Origin: Malacoraja senta | Taxonomy: Eukaryota | Reading direction: 5' to 3' | NCBI GenBank assembly: GCA_038087875.1 | Contig: CM075987.1 | Coordinates: 23,314,001 to 23,378,000 of the forward strand | DNA: 64,000 bases | Shown: one piece after another, positions 49,232 through 62,451 of the stretch | How positions within the stretch are numbered: the first letter of the stretch is position 1 | Layout of the letters: the number at the start of each line of letters is the position of its first letter | The notes under the pieces: generated by a model | Database searches by the model: none | Seen by the model: the letters and a program-made list of their open reading frames with translations, nothing else | Told to the model about the DNA's origin: nothing | Made by a program: the position numbers and the translations under genes

Positions 49232-49329
49232 TAACTTCTCCAAGGTAGTTGCTCCACTTGATTTTGCTGCTGTGCATTTTCCTGTGACTACACAAACACC
49301 AGGCCCCAATCACACCTCCTCTATTGGGA

Positions 49330-49610
49330 CGGCATGGTGGCGCAGCGGTAGAGTTGCTGCCTTACAGCGACAGAGACCCGGGTTCAATGCTGACTACGGC
49401 TGCTGTCTGGAGTTTCTACATTCTCCCTGTGACCAGGTGGGTTTTCACCGGGATCTCCGGTTTCCTCCCACACTGCAAAGACGTACAGGTTTGTAAGTTA
49501 ATTGGCTTGGTATAAATGTAAATTGTCCCCAGTGTGTGTAGGATAGTGTTAGTGTGCGGGGATCGGTGGGCTGAAGGGCCTGTTTCCGTGCTGTATCCAT
49601 AAACTAAACA
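49330..49610 (+). mobile_element. HE1-like V-SINE
   Basis: Full-length copy. Confidence 0.88.
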
Positions 49611-49789
49611 TTGGAATCAAGGGGTTGGAATGAATGATCCTTTTATTCCAGGGCGTCCCACTCTAAGAACCCGTTTGGGGTATTTTTACGTGGCATTGTA
49701 TTGGCAGATTTCCTCCATATGTACCCTATGTTTCATTTCACTATGGAGTGTTTGATGGAACTTCATGAAGTGAGATCCGCTCCATAATT

Positions 49790-50062
49790 TTTAGTTTAGT
49801 TTAGTTTAGAAATACAGTGCAGAAACACCGGCCCACTGAGTCCGCGCCGATCAGCGATCCCCACACTACACGCACGTGGGACAATTGACAATAATACCAA
49901 GCCGATTAACCGACAAACCTGTATGTGTTTGGAGTGTGGGAGGAAACCGAATATTCCGGAGAAAAACCCACGCAGGTCACAGGGAGAGCGTACAAACTCC
50001 GTACGGGCAAGCACCCGCAGTCAGGATCGAACCCGGGCCTGTGGCGCTGCGAGGCAGCATAT
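49790..50062 (-). mobile_element. HE1-like V-SINE
   Basis: Reverse copy, tail-to-tail with the previous one. Confidence 0.85.
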
Positions 50063-50149
50063 CTAACCCATCATGTACCTGTGTAGGGAATGTATGGAGG
50101 GAGACCGACTCACTCTCTGGATTGTACTTGCTCTGAAAATTGCAGCAAG

Positions 50150-50491
50150 AAAAGAGACAAAGAGACAAAAGAGACAAAACCAATTCTCCAAAACATGGTC
50201 TCCTTTCACTGAATTTCTTCAACAACAGAATGGTTGAACACAAATTTAAAACCGATGCTTGGGATGGGTGAGCGGGGTGGAGGGGGGGAGGACAGTGGGG
50301 CATATCTCCATCTTTTTTCTCATTTCTCTTTTTTCTTCTCGCACTTCTTTGGTAGCTCAGGAGTCTTTTCTTCTTTCTCTTTTGCATTTTTCTTCTTTTT
50401 CTTCATTCTTTCCTTTTTTCTCTGAAATGAAGCTGTACGAAAATTGTATAACTCTCATGCCGATTGCTTCATTCTTGTACAATTGCTTCTA
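50150..50491 (+). mobile_element. L1-like LINE 3' end
   Basis: Related to 23815-24208 (QFSKTWSPF.., G-run, T-rich UTR). Confidence 0.7.
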
Positions 50492-51369
50492 GACAAAGTG
50501 CTGGAGTAACTCAGCAGTTCATGCAGCATCTCTGGAGAACATGGACAGGCGATGTTTCGGGTCAGGACCCTTCTTCGGACTCTTATACCGAGTTTAGAGA
50601 TACAACCTGGAAACGGGCCCTTCGGCCCACCGAGTCCACGTCGACTATCGACCACCCGTGCACCACTTCTATGTTATCCCACTTGCGCATGCTACACACT
50701 ATGGGCAATATACAGAAGCCAATTAACCTACTGCTAATTAACGGCAAGGGTCTAGATGTTTGGAGCAGTTCCTGTTGCCTAACAATGATGGGAGAGTGAG
50801 GTGAAAGTTTTACTCGGTATAAAGCCCATCTGCAAGTCTGGTAATAATGCAAACAGTTCCCTACAATGGAATGACCTGGAGCTAGATAGAGAGTTAGATA
50901 GAGCTATAGGTGCTACTGGAATCAAGGGATATGGAGAGAAGGCAGGCACGGGTTATTGATTGGGGACGATCAGCCATGATCGCAATGAATGGCGGTGCTG
51001 GCTCGAAGGGCCGAATGGCCTCCTCCTGCACCTATTTTCTATGTTTCTAGGAGCAGTCGATGTTGGGCTGGTTCGATCAGTCTCTTTACTCGTCGAGCTT
51101 GGTGAGGTGGCTCCGTGGCTCAATTCTGAGTCAAAGCTCACCATCGTCCAAGGAAAACAGGTTATGAAGCCCGAGTGGTGTGGAGTGAGAGTTAAGTCTG
51201 CAGCTTGATCCATTGAGACATCAGCACGCCCTTGTGTTCAAAGCGGCTTGCTATTATAGACATGACCTCACTTGGAAGGATTTGATCAAGGCTTATAATG
51301 TTATTTTCATGTTAATGTCAGAGGAGTATGTGGAAGCAGGGCATTGGGAAAAGAGCCCTTTGAATATTT

Positions 51370-51678
51370 TTAGTGTTGTTTAGAGATACAGCACAGAAAC
51401 AGGCCCTTCGGCCCATCGAGTCCGTACTGACCATCGATCCCCCTATACTAGCACTATCCGACACACCAGGGATAATTTGCAATTCTTACCGAAGCCAATT
51501 AACCTGCAAACCTGCACATCTTTGGAATGTGAGAGGAAACCAGAGCACCCGGAGAAAACCCACGCGACCACAGGGAGAATGGACAAACTCATGGACAAAT
51601 ACATACGGCACCCGTGGTCAGGATCGAACCTGGTTCTCTGGTGCTGTAAGGCAGCAATTCTACCACTGCGCCACTGCG
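51370..51678 (-). mobile_element. HE1-like V-SINE
   Basis: Reverse copy. Confidence 0.85.
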
Positions 51679-52390
51679 TACTTTAACACCTACCCAGCTT
51701 GCTTCTGCAGCTATGAAAAACCTTTCCTCTCAAAAATGTACCAGTCTGGAAATGTCTAGTCGGTCCCAACAGTCAGACAGGAAACCAAGCTCCAGATTTG
51801 GACCCACTTTAGTGTGGAGGGAGGTTTAATGCCGTCATTTTAGAATGATCTGGCTGGAAGGAAAGACGAGGAACCTGGAACCCGTGTAGGAAGGAACTGC
51901 AGGTGCTGGTTTACACCGAAGATAGACACAAAATTCTGGAGTAACTCAGCCGGACGGGCAGCATCTTTGGATAGGAACTCTGCGGTCTAGCAAGCTGCTA
52001 AGGCTGGGGCTCTACTGGAATGTTTGCCTCTAAGACGGATAGAATCCCCGCTGGGTAAATATATGAAGCCAAATGGAACCATCTCCAGGTAAATGGAGGT
52101 ACGGAGACACTGGCAATGTTGAATGGATATTGACAGATTCTTGATTAGCACAGGTGTCAGAGGTCATGGGGAGAGGTCAGGGGAATGGGGTTGAGAGGCA
52201 AAAATAGATCAGCCATGATTGAATGGCAGAGAAGATCTGATGGGCCGAATGGCCTAATTCTGCTTCTAGAACTTATGAATGTGTGAATAGACCTGTTATT
52301 TCTGATGCCCTAATCACAGAGCCTAATATTACATTGCCCTTTCTTCATTATAACCCGTGATAATTTACCTCCATTACTTATACATGGTAA

Positions 52391-52706
52391 TAGCCCTGTC
52401 CCACTGTACGAGTTCATTCCAAGAGCCGAGTTTAAAAACAATCAAACTCGTGGTAAGCACGGAGAATGAACGTAGCAGGTACGTCGGAGCTCGGGGACGT
52501 CTCTTAGTGCTAACGGCAGGTACTCGGGACGACTCGCTAACAGGCAGGTAAGCACGGGAAGACTCGTGAAGATTTTTCAACATGATGATAAATGTCCACG
52601 GGAGCCCCGAGTACCGACGAGTGGCCATTACCGTAAATCTCCGAGTTCGAATCAGGGCAAACACGGGGAGAACTCTTGGAATGAACTCGTACCGTGGGAC
52701 AGGGGT
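52391..52706. mobile_element. PIF/Harbinger-like MITE
   Basis: Same family as 9706-10016. Confidence 0.8.
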
Positions 52707-53037
52707 TTTAGTGTGTTAGATTGAACAGGGAAGATTTGTTTGCATTGTTATCGCTAGAGATACAACTGACCTTCCAGGAACAACTTGCTGCCATACGAAG
52801 GGGGGTGGGTGTTGGAGAAAGTGCGGTTTTTGAAGCAGAAAACAGACACGAACTGCTGGAGTAACTCAACGGGCCATCGAGTATCGATGGTAGCATCTCT
52901 GGAGAACATGGATGGGCAAGGTTTCAAGTCGGAACCCTTCTTTAGACTCCTATTCCTAGTGTCTGGGGTTTTGAAACAGATGCTGTTGTCCCACAAATTT
53001 ATAATTTGGATCTCTGTTTGCATAATTTGGATGTCAG

Positions 53038-56000
53038 CAGGGCCGGCCTTAGGAGGTGCGGGGCCCAATTGGGAACAATTTTCATAGAAATATCAATAAA
53101 TAATTATAAACGAGTCACGTGTCGTGAGTAATATGACAGTCAGTCGGCTTTAAAAAAAAATCTTAAACCGCGCAGGCACAGATTGTTCTCCTCTCTGTAA
53201 AAATAAAAATAAAAATAAATAAAGTAACAATTCAATTTGCCCAAGGCTTCCAAATCTCCTTCTTTCTGAATTACTGAATGGGTGGGAGGTGGAGGGTGAC
53301 GGCAGATGGAAAGATGGTGGGAAAAACGGGAGCGCACCGGGACAACATGAATCAGTTGTCATCTTATTGAATGACAATACTAGTTCAAGGGACCAATTGG
53401 GGGGGAGAGTTCCTTTCACAGCGTGTAGGGAGTCTAGCCAGGGGTAAAGTTGCGGGGAGGGCGGGAGCATTGAGAAGGAGGGGGTCGGGGTTCATGCCAG
53501 TAACCCACTCACTGGGCGCGGAGCTACCGCATTGTGGCCAGGGAGGGAAGCAGCTCAAGTGGCTACAAGCGGCCGCCATCACCGGACAGCGGAACCGACT
53601 GCCATCTCACCGCCTTCTGCCGGCCCGCTCACCTCTGGCAGTGCTCTCCATCTGAACAGTGAGGGGACAAGCTCAAGAGCAAAGATCATAGAGCGGAGTG
53701 GGTCAGTGGGTGATGGATAACAGGACAGCGGGTGGTGCAGCTTACTCCTGTGTCAGCGCGAACAAGGGATCAATTGAGGTCACTCGCACTGACATATGGA
53801 GTAAGCTCCACCGCCCGCTGTCCTGTTATCCATCGCCCGCTGACCCGCTCTTGAGCTGGATGCTGGCATGATCCCCGACCCCCACCCTCCCCGCAACTTT
53901 ACCCCTGGACAGACTACCCACATGCTGTGAAAGGAACTCTCTCCCCCCCCCCCCAGCAGCGCTGTCCTTTTACAGCCGCTTCCCACTTTACAGATCGTTC
54001 TTGATGTTGCTGTACTGAGGGATAACAAAGTCTATCTTTCATGGCTAACAACCTAATCTTCGGCCTCCAAGATGTAGGTACATTTTCTAGCAATGTTACA
54101 AAATTTTGAGATTTTAAAAATCAAGCCTGCAATTTATCCCATCAGATAAAGCATAAAAAGAAGTTTAATTTGACACCTAATTCACTTTCATAACTTCAGT
54201 ATTAAAAAAGTTATGCCATTTTCATACTCGGAAATTAGCATCTTGTTCCCTATTGCTTTTCCATTGACTTAACACAAAAGCTGTGATCGAGGACAGTCAA
54301 AAGCCCATAACTTTCTTAAAAATTAGGAGAACTGAATGAAATTTTCAGTAGTTATAGATTGAAGCATTCTGAAACAAATATAAAACATGTTACTTGGATG
54401 ACCTGAAATTAAAGCATATAATTAGTTAATTACCTAATTGTAGTTAATTACAAAATTGACCGTTGTGACGGAAATAGTAATAAACACCCAGACTGCCTTG
54501 AAAATTCAAAAATGTGATATTCTCAAGATCAGAACATTAATACTATCGTATAATATGCTGTGTCCATAACAGATAGGTAAATAAATTACAATTTCTAGCA
54601 ATAGACCAAGTCTTTATGGAGAAGATCAGTTGCTAGCTGGTACATTGGCATATCATAATCAGTAGCATCATCATACTCCTCAGATTGTAATCAATAAGCA
54701 ACTCTGTACACCTTGTTTTTCCTCAACTTTTCAATGTTGGCATTGTAAACTACAAGTTTTTGCTCTTCAAACCACACATGACATGCCTTTCTGCCCACTC
54801 CCATTAACAATGTCCTGTAGATTCAATTTCTTAAGAAAAGGATTTTTTTTTAAATAGCCTAAGTATCCAAATAACAAACTAATCCCATTCACACAAGAAT
54901 TCACAATATAACATGATTTTTAAATCTTACTGTCATGAATTTATATGCTAGATGGAAGGAATTTAATGTTTAATTCCCATAAATTAATCTAGAAATATCC
55001 ACTCAATATAATCAAAATCTCTGTAGAACCTGCAATGTGGTGTTACATATATATTTCAATCAGTGATGGAAATGGGTTTTAGGAACTAGGGGTAGCTACG
55101 GTCCGTGAGGCTGAGGTTGGGCAGGAAGGGGGTGGGGGTAGACGCTATAAGCCCCCATGAGAAATTTGATTTAACTCTGAAATTGAGGATAGACAAAAGC
55201 TGGAGTAGCTCAGCAGGACAGGCAGCGCAGCGACTCTGGAGAGAAGATCCTTCTTCAGACTTAACTGAACTCTCGTCGGTGAGAGTACTTGTGATTGTCT
55301 GAAGAATGGTCTCGACCAGAAACGCAACCCTCTCCCCAGAGCCCCTGCCCGTCCCGCTGAGCCACCACAGACAGGGAGTTGAAGGTAGACACAGGAGGGT
55401 CCACCTTCAACTTCAGAGCCAAACAAAAAAAATGCAGAGTGCTGGAGGAACTCAGCGGGCAAGGCAGCACCCGTGGAAAGGGAACATATCACTTATCAGG
55501 AGCCGCCACGGGCCAGGACACCCCCCCCCCCAACAGAAAGGAACCGCAGATGCAGCTGTCACCGCAAAACGTCTAAGAAGGAACTGCAGATGCTGGAAAA
55601 TCGAAGGTAGACAAAAATGCTGGAGAAACTCAGCAGGTGAAGCAGCATCTATGGAGCGAAGGAAATAGCCAACGTTTAGGGCCGGGTCCGAAGAAGGGTT
55701 TCGACCCAAAACGTTGCCTATTTCCTTCGCTCCATAGATGCTGCCTCACCCGCTGAGTTTCTCCAGCATTTTTGTCTACCGCAAAACGTCACTGATTCCG
55801 GGAATGCCGAGAGAGCTAGAGAGAGAGACGAGATGGGGAGCGGGAGGGAGAGAGCGCGCAAGAGAGAGAGAGGTAGGGAGAGAGAGAGAGCGAAAGACAG
55901 AGAGACACAACGTGGGTCGGTAGATAAATTGAATGACTAACCTGCTGCACACCAAGAAGCTCACCAAGAAGAAGCCTTCAATCATGATGGTGAGTTTTAA

Positions 56001-56439
56001 GAAATTCTCAATGTGTCATCGATGCATCGATCTACATTCCTCAGTAAATGTAATTGTTTGAACAAGTATTAATGACGCCGCGTGAATTGTATTCAAAGGA
56101 ACGCAGCGTCATTAATACTTGTTCAACACACAATTACATTTACTGAGGAATGTGGATCGATGCATTGATGACACATTGTATAACTACTTGTTAACTACTG
56201 GCTGTTAACAAGTGCTACAGTAGTAGTTAACAAATCGTTTGTGTCTGATGGCCGTGCAGCAGTTGTTATCCATGTTCATTTTGTTAAAAAATCCGTATGG
56301 CGAATGTTTTTTAATAAATCTTTATTTAACAAAGCGAATTTGTATTTCCGCACGAAATACGGAAAATTAACGCAGGGCCCCCTTTAGGCACGGGGCCCAA
56401 TTGGGAGAAATCGGTCCAATCGGCTTAAGGCCGGCCCTG
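53038..56439. mobile_element. Non-autonomous composite hAT DNA transposon (Tip100-like ends)
   Basis: 14-bp TIR CAGGGCCGGCCTTA / TAAGGCCGGCCCTG and a perfect 8-bp TSD GATGTCAG (53030-53037, 56440-56447). Subterminal GGGGCCCAATTGGGA motifs are present, and there is no transposase ORF. Confidence 0.9.
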
Positions 56440-56581
56440 GATGTCAGTACTATAGTTTGTCTGATTAAGATGCAAAAAGTTGCACCACAGAACGCCAACT
56501 TAGAAGTCTCCCAGAATGCTGCTTGAATTTGAGAGCATTAGCCACAAGGAGAGGTTGCACAAACTTGGATTGTTTTCTTTA

Positions 56582-56799
56582 AGGGCCTGTCCCACTTACG
56601 CGATTTTTTTCGGCGACTTGCCGGCACCCGTCATAGTCGCGGGGTGACGCCTGTATGGTCGTGAGTAGTCGCCCAAAGAGTTGTACCTGTTTCTGGTCGC
56701 CGTGGATTTTCAACATTTTGAACATTTTCGCCGACCTGCTGCGACCTTGACGGGCGCCAGCAAGTCGCCGAAACAAATCGCGTAAGTGGGGCAGACCCT
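56582..56799. mobile_element. Harbinger-like MITE nested in an old CR1 fragment (~56520-57100)
   Basis: TIR AGGGCCTGTCCCACTTACGCGATTT / AAATCGCGTAAGTGGGGCAGACCCT. Confidence 0.8.
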
Positions 56800-58271
56800 T
56801 TTGCTGGAGGCTAAAGGGAGACCTGATAGAGGTATGTAAAATCAGGAGAGGCATATATAGGGTGGACAGTCAGAATCTTTCTCCCCAGAGTGGAAATGTC
56901 AAAGACTCCAAGACATACCTTCAAGGTGAAAGGGGCAATGTTTAAAGGAGATGTGTAGGACAAGCTTTTTTTTACAGAGGGTGGTGCATGCGGGGAATGA
57001 ATTGCCAGGGTTGGTGGTGGATGAAGATATGAAGTGGTGTTTAAGAGGCTTTTAGATAGGCACGTGGATGTGCAGGGAATGGAGGGATATAGATGAGGGG
57101 GTAACTCAGTGGGTTAGGCAGCATCTCTGAAGCAGTCTGAAGAAGGGTCCCGACCCGAAACATCACCCATTCTTCTCTCCAGAGTTGCTGCCTGACCTGC
57201 TGTGTTACTCCAGCTTTTTGTGTCTATCTTTGGTATGAACCAGCATCTGCAGATCTTTGCTTCGACATTCTCGGATATGGATCATATGCAGGTAGACGAG
57301 ATTAGTTTTTATTGGCATCGTGTTTGTCACAGAGGCTGCGGGCCAAAAGGCCTCTCCCTGTCCTATACCTTTCCAACAATCTTCTTCTTCACATCAGTGG
57401 TAGGACCTGAGGGACTTGAGTGTCAACTGAGATCGGCAGCCCGAGAGGAGTCTGAAGAAGGGTCTCGTCCCGAAACGTCGCCTATTCCTTCCCTCCGGAG
57501 ATGCTGCCTGACCCGCTGAGTTACTCTGGCTTTTTGTGCCTGTCTTCGGTTTAAACCAGCAGTTCCTCCTTGCACAGTCATTTGGAAGTGTTGCACTACT
57601 GGAAGGGTAACACGGAGAGAGTCCGACCCTGTCAGAGGTGCAGTGTTTAAGCTGCGCTGCATTGTTAAAAGCCATCAGGAAAACGCAAACGTCAGAGGGA
57701 GAGGCTTTGTGGTCTCTGGGACTGCAGGGAATGCTGACACTGGATTATCTGATTCCAGCTGGATAGACCCGACTGCAGGATCCTCCTGCTCTGCAGATGG
57801 GAGGGAGCCTGTGATATGTCACAGATACAAATGAGATCTTGTGGATCATGTACCATCCCACCATCCAAACAGTGTTTGCAATCCGATCGCAATCAAATTT
57901 AAATCGACAGATCATTCCATCCACTCAAGCAACATCCTTTAATGAAATAGTTACTTAATTTACTGCCTGGGGATGATAATTCAAAGTTCTTCTCTCTTTG
58001 TAAAGTTCAGCCAGAGCTGTGGTTTGCCGGGTGGGACTGCTCCAAGCTCGAAAAATTGCCAGATAAATTAATCTGGACTTCAGCATGACTGCGCCGATCA
58101 CTCCCACTGCAAAACATCGGCACATAAGGAAGATTCCTCTCATGTGACCAGATGTTGACCTCTTTGGGAAGTGCTTCCAGTTTTTGTGGAACTGGGCTAG
58201 TCAGGGGGGAATCTGCGGCCCACCCACCCAATGTCGTCGTGGTGGCGTTGCAATTGGCGGGAAGGTTAAAG

Positions 58272-58640
58272 TCACAAGGTCATAAGGGATAGGAGTAGAA
58301 TTAGGCCATTCGGCCCATCTAGTCTACTCCGCCATTCAATCATGGCTGATCTATCTCTTCTTCCGAACCCCATTCTCCTGCCTTCTCACCCATAACCTCT
58401 GACACCCGTACTAATCAAGGATCTATCTATCTCTGCCTTAAAAATATCCATTGACTTGGCCTCCACAGCCCTCTGTGGCAGTGAATTCCACAGATTCACC
58501 ACCCTCTGACCAAAAAAATTTCTCCTCGTCTCCTTCCTAAAAGAACGTCCTTTAATTCTGAGGCTATGACCTCTAGTCCTAGACTCTCCCACTAGTGGAA
58601 ACATCCTCTCCACATCCACTCTATCCAGGCCCTTCACTAT
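58272..58640 (-). mobile_element. HER1/CR1 LINE 3' fragment
   Basis: IVKGLDRVDVERMFPLVGESRTRGHSLRIKG..WNSLPQRAVEA. Confidence 0.9.
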
Positions 58641-59280
58641 TCTCCCTGCTCTCTCCCATCTCCTCACGTCGGTCGCCACCAGCAGCCCCTTCCTCGGCTC
58701 TCCGCTCTTTGGTGCTGAGCTATTCAGCCTTCCAGCTGGTGCTATACAGGACTGCCCTTTGCATGAGAATGTTTCTCTTGATCTCACCTGGGGGCCTTTT
58801 GTTAATTCCCTAAAATCAGTTTCTTTAGCAATTCTCCCACCTGGAGGGCCTGTAAGCTGCGGGGAAGGGGTGCACGCCCTCAACAGGGGAGTGAGTGGGC
58901 CACTGGAGACCCTGCAGTAGACCGGGGCTCGGCTGCACCGGGCCCCACTCTAAATGGCCGAACATGTGGACTGGATGCGGCCTACAGCGGTGGAGCAGCG
59001 TCGGAGGGCACCAACGGCTACGCTTGGCCGGGCCGACCCTGCAACGCCACCAGGACAACAGACCTTCATGGTCAGATCCAGATCCCTGCATCTACAACAA
59101 CTGGGACTTGAAAATGGCACCAAAATGGCGACTGTATACTATCTCAGTCCACTACTGATACACACTTGTACTGTATCTGACATCTAATATGTATCAAAGT
59201 GACAATGTATAATGATACTTGTACTGAACTGTATACAAAATGAATGTCACTGCACCTCGACACATGTGACAAATAAAGTT

Positions 59281-60181
59281 CCATACCATACCATACCATA
59301 CTATACCACACCATACCATACCATACCATACCATACCATGCCATACCATACCATACCATACCATACCATACCATACCATACCATACCACACCATACCATA
59401 CCACACCATACCATACCACACCATACCATACCACACCATACCATGCCATACCATACCATACCATACCATACCATACCATACCATACCATACCATACCACA
59501 CCATACCATACCATACCATACCATACCACACCATACCATACCACACCATACCATGCCATACCATACCATACCATACCATACCATACCATACCATACCATA
59601 CCATACCATACCATACCACACCATACCATACCATACCATACCACACCATACCATACCATACCATACCACACCATACCATACCATACCATACCATACCATA
59701 CCACACCATACCACACCATACCACACCATACCATACCATACCATACCATACCATACCACACCATACCATACCATACCATACCATACCACACCATACCATA
59801 CCATACCATCCTATACCATACTATACTATGCCATCCCATCCCATCCCATCCCATCCCATCCCATCCCATCCCATCTCATCCCATACCATACCATAACATA
59901 CCATACCATACCACACCATACCATACCATACCATACTATACCATACCACACCATACCATACCATACCATCCTATCCCATCCCATCCCATCCCATACCATA
60001 CCATACCACACCATACCATACTATACCATACCACACCATACCATACCATAACATACCATACCATACCATACCATACCATACCACATCATACCATACTATA
60101 CCATACCACACCATACCATACCATACCATACCACACCATACCATGCCATAACATACCATACTATACCATACTATACTACAC
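59281..60181. repeat. (CCATA)n pentanucleotide satellite with CCACA/CCATC/CTATA variants
   Basis: Array of about 900 bp. Confidence 0.97.
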
Positions 60182-60759
60182 CAATTGTCTATTCCAGGAA
60201 TGGAAACAGTTTCTCCTCACTTCATCAAAATCCATGATGACTTTAAATATTAAATCTTTCTTTGCTCTCGGGATCACTTGGGATCTTTGTTAATTCATTG
60301 GCCCAACCTTGTCAACTCTTCAGATATATGAGGTCCTGCTTTCTTTCTGTCCAGGTCAGGTCTCCTGCACGTCCCCAATTCCTTTGCACCATCCCTGGAG
60401 TCCGTGCCCGAGTCCACAAACTCTAACAATCCTTCCCTGAACCTCTCCACCTTCTTATCTCCACCTTCCCTTTTAAGAAGATAGACACAAAATGCTGTCG
60501 TAACTCAGTGGGTCAGTCAGCATCTATGGCGAAAGAGAACACGTGACATTTTGGTTTGAGACCCTTCTTCAGACTTCACTCTTGGCCCGAAACGTCACCT
60601 ATTTCTTTCCTCCTTCTGACCCGCTGGGATACTCCGACATTTTGTATCTATCTTTGGTGTAAAGTTCCTTCCTACACACTCGCCTTTTAAGAAACCCTTC
60701 TACACTTTCTACTATGCTTCAGCTTTAGGTGACTGGTCATTATATACCTTAACTCGAGG

Positions 60760-61190
60760 ATGTTGCCTAGAATGGACGGCTGCTGTTGTAAGGAGAGATT
60801 GTATCGGCTGGGTTTATTCTCGCTGGAATGTAGGAGGTTTGATCTTGTAGAGGTTTATAAAATTGTGAGTGGCATGGATTGGGAGTAAATAGTCTGAGTC
60901 CTTTTCCCTAAGGAGTGCGAGTCTAGCAGTGGTGGGCATGGGTTAAAGGTGTGAGGGGAGAATTTTAAAGCAGATCTGAGGGATAAGTTCTTCACACAGA
61001 TGGTGGTGGTTAACTGGTACATGCTACCTGAGGAAGTAATAGAGGCAAGTACCATTACAACATTGCAAAGGAATTTGGACTTGAATGGGAAAGGCACAGA
61101 GAGATGTGGGCCTCTGCAGGCAAATGGGATTAGCGTGGATAAACAATATGGTCGGCACAGATAAAGTGGTCGGAAAGAGCACTTATCTGT
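60760..61190 (+). mobile_element. Old CR1 LINE 3' fragment
   Basis: Degenerate ERL.RLGLFSLECRR..DLVEVYKI..FFTQ.VV..W..LP. Confidence 0.75.
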
Positions 61191-61546
61191 GTTTAGTCAT
61201 GAAAAGCTGGAGTAACTCAGCGGGTCAGACAGCATCTCTGGAGAAAAGGAATAGGTGACGTTTCTCCAGAGATGCTGTCTGACCCGTTGAGTTACTCCAG
61301 CTTTTCGTGTCTACATTCGGTTTAAACCAGCATCTACAGTTCCTCCCTACACCTATCTGTGCTCTATGATGCAGTGATTCTATGATTCTGACTTGGCTCG
61401 GTCGAGTTATATCAGGTGGTCGAAAAGCAAACCCCGACAAATGCTGTAAATATGAAATATAAAATGCTGGAAACAGAAACTGGCCCTTCGGCCCACCATG
61501 TATGTGCCGGCCTTGATCCCAGTCAAAGTCTGATTGCACATACCGT

Positions 61547-61872
61547 AAGTTTAGTTGAATTTAGTTTAGAGATACAGCGCGGAAACAGGCCCCTTCGGCC
61601 CACCGAGTCTGCACCCACCAGCGATCCCCGCACACTAATACTATCATACACACACGAGGGACAATTTACACACATACACCAAGCCAATTAACCTACAAAC
61701 CTGTACGTCTTTGGAGCGTGGGAGGAAGTCGAAGATCTCGGAGAAAACCCTCGCATGTCACGGGGAGAACGTACAAACTCTGCACAGACAAGCACCCATA
61801 GTCGGGATCGAACCCGGGTCTCCGGCACTGCAAGCGCTGTAAGGCAGCAACTCTACCCGCTGCTCCACCATG
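61547..61872 (-). mobile_element. HE1-like V-SINE
   Basis: Near full-length reverse copy. Confidence 0.88.
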
Positions 61873-62114
61873 CATTCGGCCCATCTAATCCGCCATTCAA
61901 CCATGGCTGATCTATCTCCCCCTCTCAACCCCAGTCTCCTGCCTTCTCCCCAGAACCCCTGACACCCGCACTAATCAACAATCTGTCCATCTCCACCTTA
62001 AAAATACCCAATGACTTGGCCTCCACAGCAGTCTGTGGCAATGAGTTCCACAGATTCACCATCCTCTGACCAAAGAATTTCCTCCTCGTCTCCTTTGTAA
62101 AGGGTCGTCTTTTT

Positions 62115-62451
62115 CCTCCTAATAGATAAATTTGACCAATTCACAACGAGTTGGTCTCCATTTGTCGCCTTTTTGGAATCATATGGTGCAACACAATTGT
62201 AAAAGCTAACTCGTGACTGGGCGAGGGATGGTCAAGTTTATAAATAAGATCTCCTTACTTCTTTTTTCTTTTTCTTCACTTTTCTTCTTTTCTTCTCTTT
62301 TTCCTATTTTCTATTCTTTAACTTTCTTCTTTCACTCTCTATTTTTCTTTTCCACACACTATATATCTCACATTTTTCTATTTTTCGTTATCTAACTTCT
62401 TTTTCTTTTTCTTCTTTATTATAAATCTTTTTTTTAAAAGATGAAAATAAA
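62115..62451 (+). mobile_element. L1-like 3' end nested in a CR1 fragment
   Basis: AAAGG(G/T)TCGTCTTTT is duplicated on both sides; the CR1 sequence resumes after 62467. Confidence 0.78.

Noticed and set aside
49330..49410. tRNA genes at SINE heads (here and in other copies)
   Set aside because: A/B-box-like heads continue into the V-domain and LINE tail, so these are SINEs rather than tRNAs.
54087..55020. AT-rich block as a Helitron (CTAG at 54087)
   Set aside because: No subterminal hairpin, TC start or A|T target context could be established.
58386..58883. 165-aa ORF as a host-CR1 fusion protein
   Set aside because: It has a non-ATG start and an unrecognisable N-terminal half; the C-terminal half is a truncated CR1 end.
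59144..60293. MVWYG / YHTIP repeat ORFs
   Set aside because: Translation of (CCATA)n.
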